Below are positions 1-12,500 of a stretch of 52,912 nucleotides of DNA, piece by piece. The stretch comes from Octopus bimaculoides. Taxonomy: Eukaryota. The stretch covers positions 119,595,690 to 119,648,601 of the forward strand of contig NC_068983.1 of NCBI RefSeq assembly GCF_001194135.2. The letters run 5' to 3'. How positions within the stretch are numbered: position 1 is the first letter of the stretch; each line of letters starts with the position of its first letter. The notes under the pieces are model-generated. The model ran no database searches and had not been told where the DNA came from. It was given only the letters and a program-made list of their open reading frames with translations. A program made the position numbers and the translations under genes.

Positions 1-321
1 GCCTGACTGGCCTTCATAGGATTTTCGATCGAGATCGTTGCCAGTGCCGCTGGACTGGCTCTTGTGCGGGTGGCACATAAAAGACACCATTTTGAGCGTG
101 GCCATTGCCAGTACCGCCTGACTGGCCCTCGTGCAGGTGACACGTAAAAGCACCCACTACACTCTCGGAGTGGTTGGCATTAGGAAGGGCATACAGCTGT
201 AGAAACTCTGCCAAATTAGATTGGAGCCTGGTGTTGCCATCTGGTTTCACCAGTCCTCAGTCAAATCGTCCAACCCATGCCAGCATGGAAAGCGGACGTT
301 AAACGATGATGATGATGATGA
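1..321 (+). mobile_element. RTE-clade LINE 3-prime UTR (other tails at about 375-420 -, 11840-12100 -, 14921-15072 +, 21170-21580 +, 25086-25160 +, 39240-39600 -)
   Basis: Shared AGGAAGGGCAT...GCATGGAAAGCGGACGTTAAACGATGATGAT terminus. Confidence 0.8.
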
Positions 322-1136
322 GGATATTAGTGCAACCATCTCACATTCACAGAAGAGCAAACACTTCTAATATATCATCATCATCATCATCGTTTAACGC
401 CTGCCTTCCATGCTAGCATGATATTTCCCCATTTCATTTGGTTAGCCTTGAATCACATATTCACTTTGTACATCCAATCCAACAGACATATTCTTCAACT
501 TACTCTTTTTCAAGTCTCAGCAGGTCTTCAGTCTTCACTACCCATGTTGCATTCTGACATCTTCCCAAATTTCATATAATCCACACTACAAACAATATTA
601 CTTCATATTGCATTCTTAAGACTATGCTACTACTGGTTCCACTCTTAAATTATATTTTCAAATTTATAAAATTCATTTACCACCTCCATCCAAGTAATCC
701 ATAGTATTTTTGAGCTGGATTATTTATATGTGTGGCTGTATCCATAAAACATACACTCTTAAAAGTGAATTTGGTAGATGGAAACTGTATGGAATCCCTT
801 TTGGATGTGAGTGCATTTTTGAATTGTTGCTCACCACTGCTTGACAATGAGTGATGATATGTTTATGCCATTGTAACTCAGTGGTTTGGCATAAGAGACC
901 GATGGAATAAGTATCAGACTTAAAAAGCAAGTACTGGGGTAGATTTGTTAGATGAAGCCCTTCAAGGTGGTGCTTCAGCATGACTGCAGTCCAATGACTG
1001 AAACAAGTAAAACAGAACAAAAAAAAAGATAGCAGATATTTTTTTTTTTGATCATATTCCAACAACAATATGCCTGTAGTAGACTTGATCTTCAATAGCT
1101 AAATGCCTTATTCCCCAGCCGCTTCGTGATTAAAAA

Positions 1137-2240
1137 CTATAAAATGTTACATTCAGAAAATGAAAAAGGAATATTCAACTTACTGATTTCTGGAGTCTTA
1201 TCATCATCATCTGAAGAAGAATTCCTGCTATCACAGTTGTTAATAACTGATAATGTGTCATTGGTCGCAGCACACTCAGAAGGATCAACTGTTTTATTTG
1301 CATCTGTTTTGTTTTGCCTAGTATTTGTGTCACTATTGTCATTGTTATCATTACCTAGATATTCTTTTTTGTTATTAATATTTGAGACATTGGTATTTGA
1401 ATCATTATTATTATTACTAATTTGTGTTGAATCAGTACAGGTTTCAGTTCTATTTTCACACAAGGAATTCTCTGCAGTCTTTACATTTGGTGATAATAAT
1501 TTTTCAGATGGACTTAATATTTGAAAACTTTTGTTTTTGCCATTGGTGCTCTCATTTTTATTGTTTGTGTCTTTTACTGTTATCCCAAAAAGGCCACTAA
1601 TAGTTTCAGCAGCAATTTCTTTACAAATTTCAGATGCTTCAGTGAACTTATTAGTGTACACTTGTCTTGAGGAATGGTTTGGGTCAAAATTTAACAAGAC
1701 TTGATCTACTGAAGTGGGAGAGGATATTCCCAAAGTGGTTGGAGATGTTGGTAAGCTAGTAGGAGATGAATGTTGAAATGATGGTGACACATCACCAACT
1801 TTTGTAACAGTAAATATTTTTTTTGCTTTTGTATTTTCACAATATTGAGGACTTAAAAGAAAATCTCCAGGTGGAGATGAAATAGTTTTAAAAGACATTG
1901 GAGATACAGTAGAAACTAATGGGGAATTAATTTGATTGCTGAATTCTGCATCTGAAATAAAAGCAGGGGAATCTAAAGTTTTCTGAGGAGAAGGCTCTGT
2001 TGCAAACAACAATGTAGGTCTTCGTATTCTGTTGCATGTTGGGAAGTAAGCTGATTCTAAGTTTTCCAGCTCCCGTTTCTGTTGTACAGCAAGCTTTTCT
2101 GCTTCTTGTTTCTTTGCTAATTCTTCTGCTTTCTTTTGTTGTTCGTTTTCCTTTTTGACAGCTACATTATGATTACGTTCTAAGTAATTGCTGATATCTG
2201 ATAGAAGACGTTGTTGCTGGTTAGCATAATCTTTCACAGC
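1137..2240 (-). CDS. PPP1R37: PPP1R37-like terminal coding exon 11 (coiled coil, Ser/Pro- and Asn-rich tail, ends CNIL*)
   Basis: Acceptor tttgtag|GCT at 2240; 366-aa ORF; stop TAG at 1139-1137. Confidence 0.88.
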   Translation of the reverse strand, partial: AVKDYANQQQRLLSDISNYLERNHNVAVKKENEQQKKAEELAKKQEAEKLAVQQKRELENLESAYFPTCNRIRRPTLLFATEPSPQKTLDSPAFISDAEFSNQINSPLVSTVSPMSFKTISSPPGDFLLSPQYCENTKAKKIFTVTKVGDVSPSFQHSSPTSLPTSPTTLGISSPTSVDQVLLNFDPNHSSRQVYTNKFTEASEICKEIAAETISGLFGITVKDTNNKNESTNGKNKSFQILSPSEKLLSPNVKTAENSLCENRTETCTDSTQISNNNNDSNTNVSNINNKKEYLGNDNNDNSDTNTRQNKTDANKTVDPSECAATNDTLSVINNCDSRNSSSDDDDKTPEISKLNIPFSFSECNIL

Positions 2241-3389
2241 CTACAAATAAACAGCAAATAGTAAAAATTCGAAAGTTTAGAGATTTTAGAAGCAAGAATT
2301 CTTTTTAATTATATCATTTGAAATATGAATAATAATTTATCAACTTTGATTTTATTGAATATATTTAATGTTTGTTTCAGTTTAACTATTATGTAACCAC
2401 AAAGAGTCAAATTACAAAAAATAAAGTGAGAAAAGGCACAATTAAGTAATTTGTTAGTGAATAGAAAAAAATGTAATGTGTTTATATACAAAGTTCACTT
2501 TATACACCTATTATTTATAAATTAAAACAACAAGCCAACTTAAGTTACTTTGTAAGTGTTGCTAGTATAGCTGATGAATTGATAAATTGTATAGATCTTA
2601 AAGAATCACAAAAGACCAAAAACCCAGAGCTTAGTTCTAAATACATTAACTAAATGAAAGATCAATCTTTTTTGGTTAAAATACCAGTTTATTATCACAA
2701 GTGACTGCTGTAAAGATTCTAAATAAAGTAATGAATTAGTAGGGTTGTCAGAGAACTGGACAAAGAGGCTTTGTAGTATTTCTTCTGATTTCTGTGTCTT
2801 TAGTTCAAATCCAGCAGAGGTCAACTTTGCCTTTTATCCTTTTGGGGATGACAAAAATGTATCCAGGGTGGTGGCTTGGTGATATTGTTAAAGTACTGGA
2901 TGGCAAGCCTTGTGTTCTGGCTGTCCAAGATCTGATGGCAACATCTGTGATGACATTGGTTCCAAGCTGTATCACACTTGTCTTTCCCCTGGCAGCACTA
3001 ACATGGACTGGAGAGACTTGTACGTATGGGCAACTGATAATCTTCCACAAAAAAAAACAAAACAAAATCTTACCTTGGAGGGAAACTTTCCACAAGCAGA
3101 TATTAAGTCTGTCTACAACAAACAACAAAGACCATTTATGGACTTGTTGGTAGCAGCTCTTTTCTATGTCTGAGAAATGCCAGTGGCTTGTATTTGTTTA
3201 CAATGGACCTCAAGTTGCTAGAAAGTAAACCATACACTGTATGGCTTACTGCATCACATGTAAAATGAGATGGGCAGTGTCAGGTGAGTAAATTGCACCA
3301 GACTGTCATTGACTTGATTGTAGTCTCAGATAGCACCTTCATAACCAGTCTGTCTGATATAATCTAAACAGCTAGGTACTACTACAATG

Positions 3390-3427
<38 letters not shown>

Positions 3428-6400
3428 ATCACCATCATCATCATCATCGTCGGTTAACATCCGTTTTCCATGCTGGCATGGGTTGGACGGTTTGACTGAG
3501 GTCTGGAGAGCCAGCAGCTACACCAGGCTCTAATCTGATCTGACAAAGTTCCTACAGCTGGATGCCCTTCCTAACGCCAACCACTCTGAGTGTGTAGTGG
3601 GTGCTTTTTACATACCAATGGCACGGGAGCCAGTCAGGCAGGCCTGGCATTGATCACATTTGGATGGTGCTTTTTACGTGCCACTAACACAGGAGCCAAT
3701 CAGGCAGACCTGGCACTGACTACGTTCGGATGGTGCTTTTTACATATCACTGACATGGGATTCACCCAAGGGGCACTGACCACAGCTACGATATTGGTTT
3801 TACTTCACTCAACAGGTCTTTTCAAGCATATCATATCGCCCAAAGCATCAGGGGTATTCTTAACAGGGCTGGACATGTATGACTGTGATCTCACTTTAGT
3901 TCCTGAGTCTTCTCAATCACAGCATATCTCCAAAGGTCCCAGTCTCCCGTCATTGCCTCTGTGAGGCCCAATGTTCGAAGGTCCTCAGACACACAAGGGA
4001 ACAGCTCATGAACCATTAGTCAATTTCCCCCAATGAGCATTCACTTGCATTTCAAAACCCTAGTTGAATATATTGATAACTTAAGTTTAGGATCCTTAGC
4101 TCTGAATTTTATATATCCACTATTAACTTATGAACAAATTGTCATGCTTATATAGGATATAGATTTCTGTGAAAAGGCTTCTGTAAATTAATAATGAAAT
4201 AATTTGACATAATAAAGATAAAGCAGACGTGTATTTCATTTGACTAAGCTGAAAAATAATTGTCATGAGAATTGGAGATGATGAATAGAATTAAAGTATC
4301 AACCTTGGCAGGATGTAATGGATACAGGTTCAGTGGGAACTGAACTCACAACCATGAGATAAGTTAGATACACTAAACTATTCTGTCTGATCTCAGATAA
4401 GTTATCTCAATCATTTCTACTTCTCTAATTTAAAACAAAAAAACACAACAGTAACAAAATAAATAAATAATACAGCACACTTACCACTTCCTTCTTGGTA
4501 GTTTTGTCGAGTTCAAGTCTCACTAATGATTGATTGACTTTTAATGCAAGAGACAGTGCCATCAAACCAGCTGTTCGAATGTTATTTTTACAAAGATCAA
4601 TATGCAATATGCGTGAACTGTCAGCAATATATTCAGCCAGAGCAACAGCACCTAGAATCACAATTACATATTACTTTTTATTAAAGCAACAATTTAGTTG
4701 GATAATAATGTTCTTTTAATGAAATAAATGAAACAGAAAGAATCACCAGCAAATTAATAACCATTAAGTCGACGTTCTATGTTTCCAGTGTTCTATATGC
4801 AATTTTTTAATATTATCATGGATTTGATGGTTCAATAAATTCAGATATGTAGAATTCATTTTATTATGCACAAAAAAAAAAGGCAATCAATACACTCAGT
4901 AAATTAGTAGGTGTTAGGAAGGGCAACCAGCCATAGAGACCATGCTAAAGCAGATACTGGAGCATGATGCAGTCCTTGGATTGGTTGGATCAGGAGTGTA
5001 CTCTTCCTAATTTCCTGATGGAGTGTTTAATTTAAAGCAACTGAAGCATTATGTGTGTAGGAAGGTGTATAAGTGGGTACCCAAAAGGAACCGGAAATGT
5101 TCTCTGTGGAACAAGCCCATTGTAGTTCAGGCCTCTGCCACTAGAAGCCACTTGATGTGAGCTCAATGACACTGGTCATCATCAAGTGGTTTCTAGTGGC
5201 AGAAGAAATGATACCCAAAATATTGGGTTGGCAACTAAGTTCCCGCCGTTTTTTAAATTTTGGAATTTATTGCGTTTTTAAATTTTGGAATCTATTTTTT
5301 TTTGAGAATTCTATTTTTGAATCATTTTGGAATCTATTTTGTTTTGTTTTTTAGTTAATTTTAGTTAATTATTGTTTATTTTCAGATCATTAAAAGGGAA
5401 TGTCAAGTTAAGAAAAACAAGCATTTTTGACACCTCCTTCTTTTTGCTTTTAATCAAGGTTCTAAGGCTGCAAAAGCTGCTTGCAACATTTGTGCTGTGT
5501 ATGGAGAGGGTGCCATAGCTGAAAGAACCGCTCGTGACTGGTATGCCAAGTTCAAAAATGGATGCACCTTGTTCTGGCTATTCAGTTGAGTTCAATGAAG
5601 AGCGATTAAACCAACTTTTGCTCGAAAATTCTCGTCAAATGACAAGGGAACTGGCAGAGAAAATAGAATGCTCCCACACTGTTATATAGAAGCATCTTCA
5701 CTCAATGGGAAAGGTTCAGAAATATGGAGCATGGGTTCCACATGCTTTAAGTGACAACAACAAAAATCAACGAGCCACAATCTCCACTGGTTTGCNNNNN
5801 NNNNNCAACAACAAAAATCAACGAGCCACAATCTCCACTGGTTTGCTTGCTTGTCACCGCTCAACTCATGGACACAAGCAACGATTTCTTTACCGAAGAG
5901 TCACTGGCAATGAAAAATGGTGCCTGTACACCAATATGAATCAGCGTAAGGAATGGCTTAGCCCTGGTAAACAGGCAACACCACACGTGAAACAAGAACT
6001 TCATCCGCGTATAATGATGTTGTGCGTATGGTGGGACTGGGAAGGGATTATCCATTACAAATTGCTTGAATGGAACCAAACGGTCAACGTGGAACTCTAT
6101 GGTCAACAGATGGAACGACTCAACACAGCTATTCAAGAGAAAAGACCTAATTGGCAGCATGGAGTTCTTCTGCTGCATGACAACGCCAGCCCTCATATCG
6201 CCAAAATGACCAAGGAAGCCATTCAAACGCATGGTTGGGAAGTGCTGCCACACTCGCCGTATTCTCCTGATTTGGCACCAATGGATTTCCACTTCTTTCA
6301 AATGTTATGCGCTGAGTTTCGTTCAATACTGATGCAGAATTGAGAGCTTGGTTGGATCAATTTTTCGAGTCGAAATTGGGTGATTTCTACCAACGAGGTA

Positions 6401-9400
6401 TTGAAAATCTTGTTGAACATTGGGAAGAAGTTGTAAACAAGAAGGGTGAATACATTATTGATTAATTAATTATTTTTTATTTTTATTTAACAAATTTATC
6501 TTAGATAAAGAATTTCAACAAAATGCAGATGAGCTAATTACCTTCACATAAAATCTTTGTATTTTGCAAACCAAGTCGGATAAGAGATTTGCTCTTTAAT
6601 AATCCATCTTTTAAATAATGAATTCCTTCATTTGTGATGTTATTGTTACCCAAGTTCAGTGTTTCAAGACATTCTAATTTTGCCTACAAACAATAAAAAA
6701 AGCAAAAACATTAAACTATACACATAAAAGTTTATTTACTTTCATAAGAAAAATACACAGGCAATGAAATTATTAAACTATGCTTTTTAGAAAACAATAC
6801 AATAACCTTTAAATAGAGTGGGATAGATAAACTTCAGAAAAACCTGAAAATCATCATTGTCATTTAACGTCTGCTTTCCATGCTGGTATGGGTTGGACAG
6901 TTTGACTGAGAATTGGCAAACCAGGAGGCTGCACCAGGCACCAATCTGATTTGGCAAAGTTCCTACAGCTGGATGCCCTTCCTAATGCCAATCACTCCAA
7001 GAGTGTAGTGGATGCTTTTTACATGCCACCAGCATGGAAGCCAGTCAGGTGGCACTGGCATTAGCCACACTCGAACAGTGCTTTTTATGTACCAGTCAGG
7101 TGGTGCTGGCATTGGCCATGCTCAAAATGTTGCTTTTTATGTGCCACAGGGATGGGTGCCAGTCAGGCAGCACTGGAATCGATCACACTCAAGTGGTGAT
7201 TTTTACATGCCACCGGCATGGGTGCCAGTCAGGCAGCATTGGCAGTGGCCACAACTACGATTTCACTCGGTTCAATAGGTCAGCATAAGCATGTCATATC
7301 GCCCAACGACTGAAGGGTACTTATAAATGTGCCAGCTACGCAACACTGGTATCAGCCATGACTACAATTTCACTTGGCTTGCCAGGTCATCTCAAGCATG
7401 GCATATCTCCAAATGTCTTGGTCGCTTGTCATTGCCTCTGTGAGGCCCAACATTCGAAGGTTGTGCTTCACCACTTCATCTCATGTCTTCCTGGGTCTTC
7501 CTCTTCCACAGGTTCTCTCGACTGTTAGGGTGTGAAACTTCTTCACACAACTGTCTTCATCCATACACATCACATGACTATACCAGCACAGTCATCTCTC
7601 TTGCACACCACATCTGATGCTTCTTAGGGTCAACTTTTCTCTCAGGCTGCTTAGACACTGTCGTGTATAAAACTGACATTACACATCCAGTGGAGCATAC
7701 TAGCTTCATTTATTTCAATCCTACCCATGTTCTCAGCAGTCACAGCCCATGTTTCACTGCCATGTGGTATGGCTGTTCGTACACATGCATCATACAGTCT
7801 ACCTTTTACTCTGAATGAGAAGCCCCTTGTTACCAGCAGAGGTAGGAGTTCTCTGAACTTTGCCCAGCCTATTCTAATTCTAGCAGCTATGCTCTCGGAG
7901 CATCCACCCCCACTACTGATGACTTGGTCACCTAGGTAACGGAAGCTATCAACTACCTCTGATTTTTCCTCCTACCGTCTAAAACTATGTTTCTCAAACC
8001 ATTTTTTACATATGAATCCCTTTGATTCCTAAACTACTCGGATGAACTTCCACAGCCATTCAATGTCAAAAAAATTTTATTATATTTTTATCATTATATT
8101 TTATTAGGAACTGTATAAAAATAATTTTTGAAATGTTTTGTGTATTGTAGAAGTATAACAGATTTATTGGAGGTAAATTTTAACAAAGTTTTATATGGAC
8201 ACCCAAGGGCCATATGGACCCTAGTTGAGAACCACTGATCTAAAAGATGCAATGATCATCAGCTAGGTTTAAGAACTGTGAACTTGTATCCTATCACTGA
8301 TACTGCAGTACATCTTTGTTTTAGTTTATCACATTGAAATTAGCAAATTTAGTTCTTTGTAGCAAATATCAAACTTGTTTCATCAGAGGTAGCTTTCTCT
8401 TGTAAACTATTTCATACTCTAAGTAAAATTAGATCCTTTATTAAACTAAGAAATAATATATGGTTGCCACAGGATATTTACTCAAACTTTTAGGTGGAGG
8501 CCTGTCTATATGGTAAGAAGTTTGCTTCCCAACCACATGGTGCTGAGTTCAGTTCCACTGTGTGACACCTTGGGCTAGTGTCTTCTACAATAGCCTTGGG
8601 CTGGCCAGAGTCTTGAGAGCAGATTTGGAAGACAGACACTGAAAAAAGCATATGCGCGTACATAAGTGTAAGAGACTGTCTCTTTGCCTTAACATCACAT
8701 GATAGTTGCAAACAAGTGTCACCATTATGAAAGCAGTGTCTTTTATTTCCTATCTTCTGTGAAAACATGTCTGTTAATGGGAAAAAATATTACCTTACTT
8801 GGAAACAGGTGAAAGTTAGTGATAGAAAGGTCATCCAGCCATGAAAAATCCACTTCAATAAATATTATCTGATCCATGTGAGATTGGAGAAGTGGATGTT
8901 AAAATGATTATTTTGAGGATGATAATGATGGTGGTTTATATCAAAATACCATCATCATTGTCATTTTTTAACGTCTGTATTTTCATGCTCACATGAGTCA
9001 GATGATATGTTTTTCAGTTCCCAACCCTCACCTGTTCCCAAGTAAGGACTAATATGTGTGTGTGTGTGTGTTCATGGGTTAACATCACACAGTAGTTGTA
9101 AACAAGTGTCAACATTATGGAAGCAGTGTCATTAAAATACAAACAGCACAAAGGTCAAACACAACACTGCTTGTATGCCTGTGATGTTTGTTCACAGTTT
9201 CAATGTGCAATATCAAGACATGGAGACACAAACACATACAAACGAATATATATGTACATATATACATATACTCCTTTACTTGTTTCAGTCATTTGGCTGT
9301 GGCCATGCTGGAGCACAGCCTTTAGTCGTGCAAGTCGACCCCAGGACCTATTCTTTATAAGCCTAGTACTTATTCTATTGGTCTCTTTTGCCGAACCACT

Positions 9401-9471
9401 AAGTTACGGGGACGTAAACACACCAGCATCGGTTGTCAAGCAATGTTGGGGGGACAAACACAGACACACAA

Positions 9472-9509
<38 letters not shown>

Positions 9510-12500
9510 TTATATATATATATATATACATATATACGACGGGCTTCTTTCAGTTTCCATCTACCAAATCCACTCACAAGGCTTTGGTCGGCCCGAGGCT
9601 ATAGAAGAAGAAACTTGCCCAAGGTGCCATGCAGTGGGACTGAACCCGGAACCATGTGGTTCGTAAACAAGCTACTTACCACACAGCCACTCCTACGCCT
9701 ATGTATCCACACATACACAGATTCTTTCAGTTTCCATCTGCCATATTCATTAATAAGACTTTGGTTGCACAGGAGTCTAGTAGAAGACACTTGCCCATTG
9801 TGCAATGCAGTGAGATTGAACTGAAAACCTAGTTGCAAAGCAAATCGCTTAACCACACAGTTATGCCCGTAGCTATTCATTAATTTTAACTCTCTCTACT
9901 CGACCTTAATTTGTTGTCAAATCAATGAAGCAGTAATTATTATCAATAAAGCAATAAAAGAAATAGAGAAAATGAATTTCAAACAGAATATTGATATGAA
10001 AAGAATTACATTAAAAAAGAAAAGGAAAATTTACCAGTGCTTCTGCAAGGTATGGCATTCCTAGATGTGATATTTGATTGTTCCACAATACTAATGTATT
10101 TATTCCATTAGGGCTAAGTTTTTGACAAAGTCCTTGGCATATTTTACCTAAACCAGTATCCTAAAAAATTAATAATATAAATAAAGATTTAATTGTCAAA
10201 GTTTCAATAAGGATTATAGAAAAGAAAAAAAAACTTATTAACAGAATTTTATACCAAAAGAATACAAGATCACATAAGGTAAAAAAAGATTAGGTCATTG
10301 AGTAATATAATTAAATTTGACAGTTCTATATTTCTGCTTAAGTTCAGTAAAATATCAGGCAGCAACCACTATTACAATTGCTTTGTGTGTCCAATAATGT
10401 GGATGGAATTAGGCAGTGATACAAAGCTACAATTATTGTTTTGTTGCCATTTACACAACTGCTGATAATCCAAGATTATATCAATACTTTTCCTTTTTCT
10501 TTTCCTCTTATTCATTTTTTTACAATAATCCAATGTTCTGCTTTTTTTTTTTCAAGTCATTTCAGTTCATTTCATTTAAGTGCCTTTAGGTAAAACAAAA
10601 ACATCACAAATTTCCTTGTTTTCCTCCTGGAATTACCAGGCAGGCCTTGATTTTTTTTCCTTTCCAATTAAACTTTGTTTCTATCTTTTATTCTTTTACG
10701 TTGCTTTAAAACAACACATTTTCAGGCTTAGGTCTAGGCAGCCAGCTTAATTTTACCTGATATAGATTGGGTTACCTACAAGTGAAATTACAAAAGTATA
10801 ACTAAGGGAAAAGCAAGTCTGTTCATAAAATGTTTTGCTTATACATTGAAGATAAAGTATGCAAGAAACTTTAGCTAAATTGGAGAACAATTCTGAATCT
10901 CACCAAAAGACAAAATGATTAAGAGAAAGTCAAAATCAATATTAACCCATTTGATACCATAATTCTGTTGAAATGCACTGCCTTTGTTTCATAATTAAAT
11001 TTGAAGAATTTAGAAAAAAAGCTGTCATAACTAATCTGGAGTTTGGAATATAAATTAACATGAACTTTTGATGGAAAGTTTTAATTTAGCAGGCAGTTTG
11101 TATAATAGAATTAAGGGTAGCCTCAGGTAGATTGATATTGAAAAGGTTAAATCTAAGAACTGGAAATGTGTAAAAAATAATATTTTAGAAAATCAAAACA
11201 AATGATGACTCAGAAAGAGAGATTTTGATATATCATACTACAGGGAAAAACAAGTGAAAGAATATTTTCAGAAATGCTACCTACCTGAAGTTGATTATTT
11301 CTGAGATCAAGGAGCTGTAATTTACTGTTGAATTTAAGTAAATTTCCAATATCATTGCCATTTTTAGGACCCAGTTTATTGTCCCCAAGAAATAGCTCCT
11401 GTAATACTTCATTCCTTTTTAATGCTTCAACTGAAAAAAAAAAAGAATTAAAAAAAAAAAATTAATTCAGCATGGGAAACAGACATTAAGTGATGATGAT
11501 GATAACAAAATAAGATAACATTGTTGAAAACAATTTGTCAACAAAAGTATTAAATTAATAAGGGCGTTGACTTATAAAATTTACTTAAGTGATGCATCAC
11601 AACACCTCTAAAAGTATGAAACAGTAAGAAATATCAACAGCTGTGACATTCCAATTTCCAGTTCATTCTCATATAACTATACTGATGTCATTGTTGCATC
11701 AATTAGAGCTGTATTAGATATTGATGTGTAAGTCTCATTTTAAATATATTATTTTATTTTAATCAAATTAAACATTAAATAAATAGAAAACAGTACAAAT
11801 ATTTTACATCATAAAACAAACAATTAATTTGTGAGGTTCATCCTCGTCGTTGTCATAATTTACCATCCATTTTCCATGCTGGAAAGCAGTTTGAATCTCC
11901 TTGGCTCCAGTCTGTTTTGGCTTGGTTTCTACAGCTAGTTGCCCTTCATAATACCAACCATTCTAAAGAGTGCAGTGAGAGTCTTTTACATGTCACTGGA
12001 ATGGGTGTCTTTTACATGTCACCAGCACTTGCCATGACCACAATTTCACTTAGCTTGATGTGTCTCTCCAAGTGCAGCAAATTGCCAGAAGCCTCATAGA
12101 TTGAAATACATATTGTCTAAGTAATCAAACATAGAAAAGGTAAAGCTGCAATAAAATGAAATGAAATATAAAATTCAACTAACCAAGAACAAGCAAACAG
12201 TTTTCTGTTATAGAAGTATTTTCAAGATGTAGGACAGTTAAATTGGAACCCAATTTAAGAGATCGACCAAATATAGTTATAATACAATCATTTAGTTGAC
12301 AACCTCGTGCATCCAGATAATGAAGACTGGGAGTCTGTGGAAGATAATAAGGATAATGTTATGTAATGACCATACCATAATATTATAAAAATGCTCTTCA
12401 ATAAATAAACAACCTTCTTACAATGCTAAATTTTTTTCTTGACTACCATAAAAACCCATGTAATTTGCACACCTGTGTAATTTATGCAGGTATTTTCAGG

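Noticed and set aside
240-265. CTGAGGA-CTGGT-GAAA on the minus strand of RTE tails
   Set aside because: No stem II and not conserved in other copies (3495, 6903).
1126-1524. Plus-strand ORFs antisense to exon 11 (also 46236-46664 opposite exon 1)
   Set aside because: Shadow frames of low-complexity coding sequence with no independent features.
1810-1830. Second PP1-docking motif (KKIFTV; also KLNIPF)
   Set aside because: Neither fits [KR]-x(0,1)-[VI]-{P}-[FW].
5755-5846. 41-bp tandem duplication in the mariner ORF (and AGAGT repeated at 49424-49443)
   Set aside because: The copies flank a 10-N gap, which is the signature of overlapping contig ends; assembly artefact.
6990-7260. Regularly spaced repeats resembling a CRISPR array
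   Set aside because: Degenerate LINE UTR subrepeats in eukaryotic DNA; no unique spacers and no cas genes.
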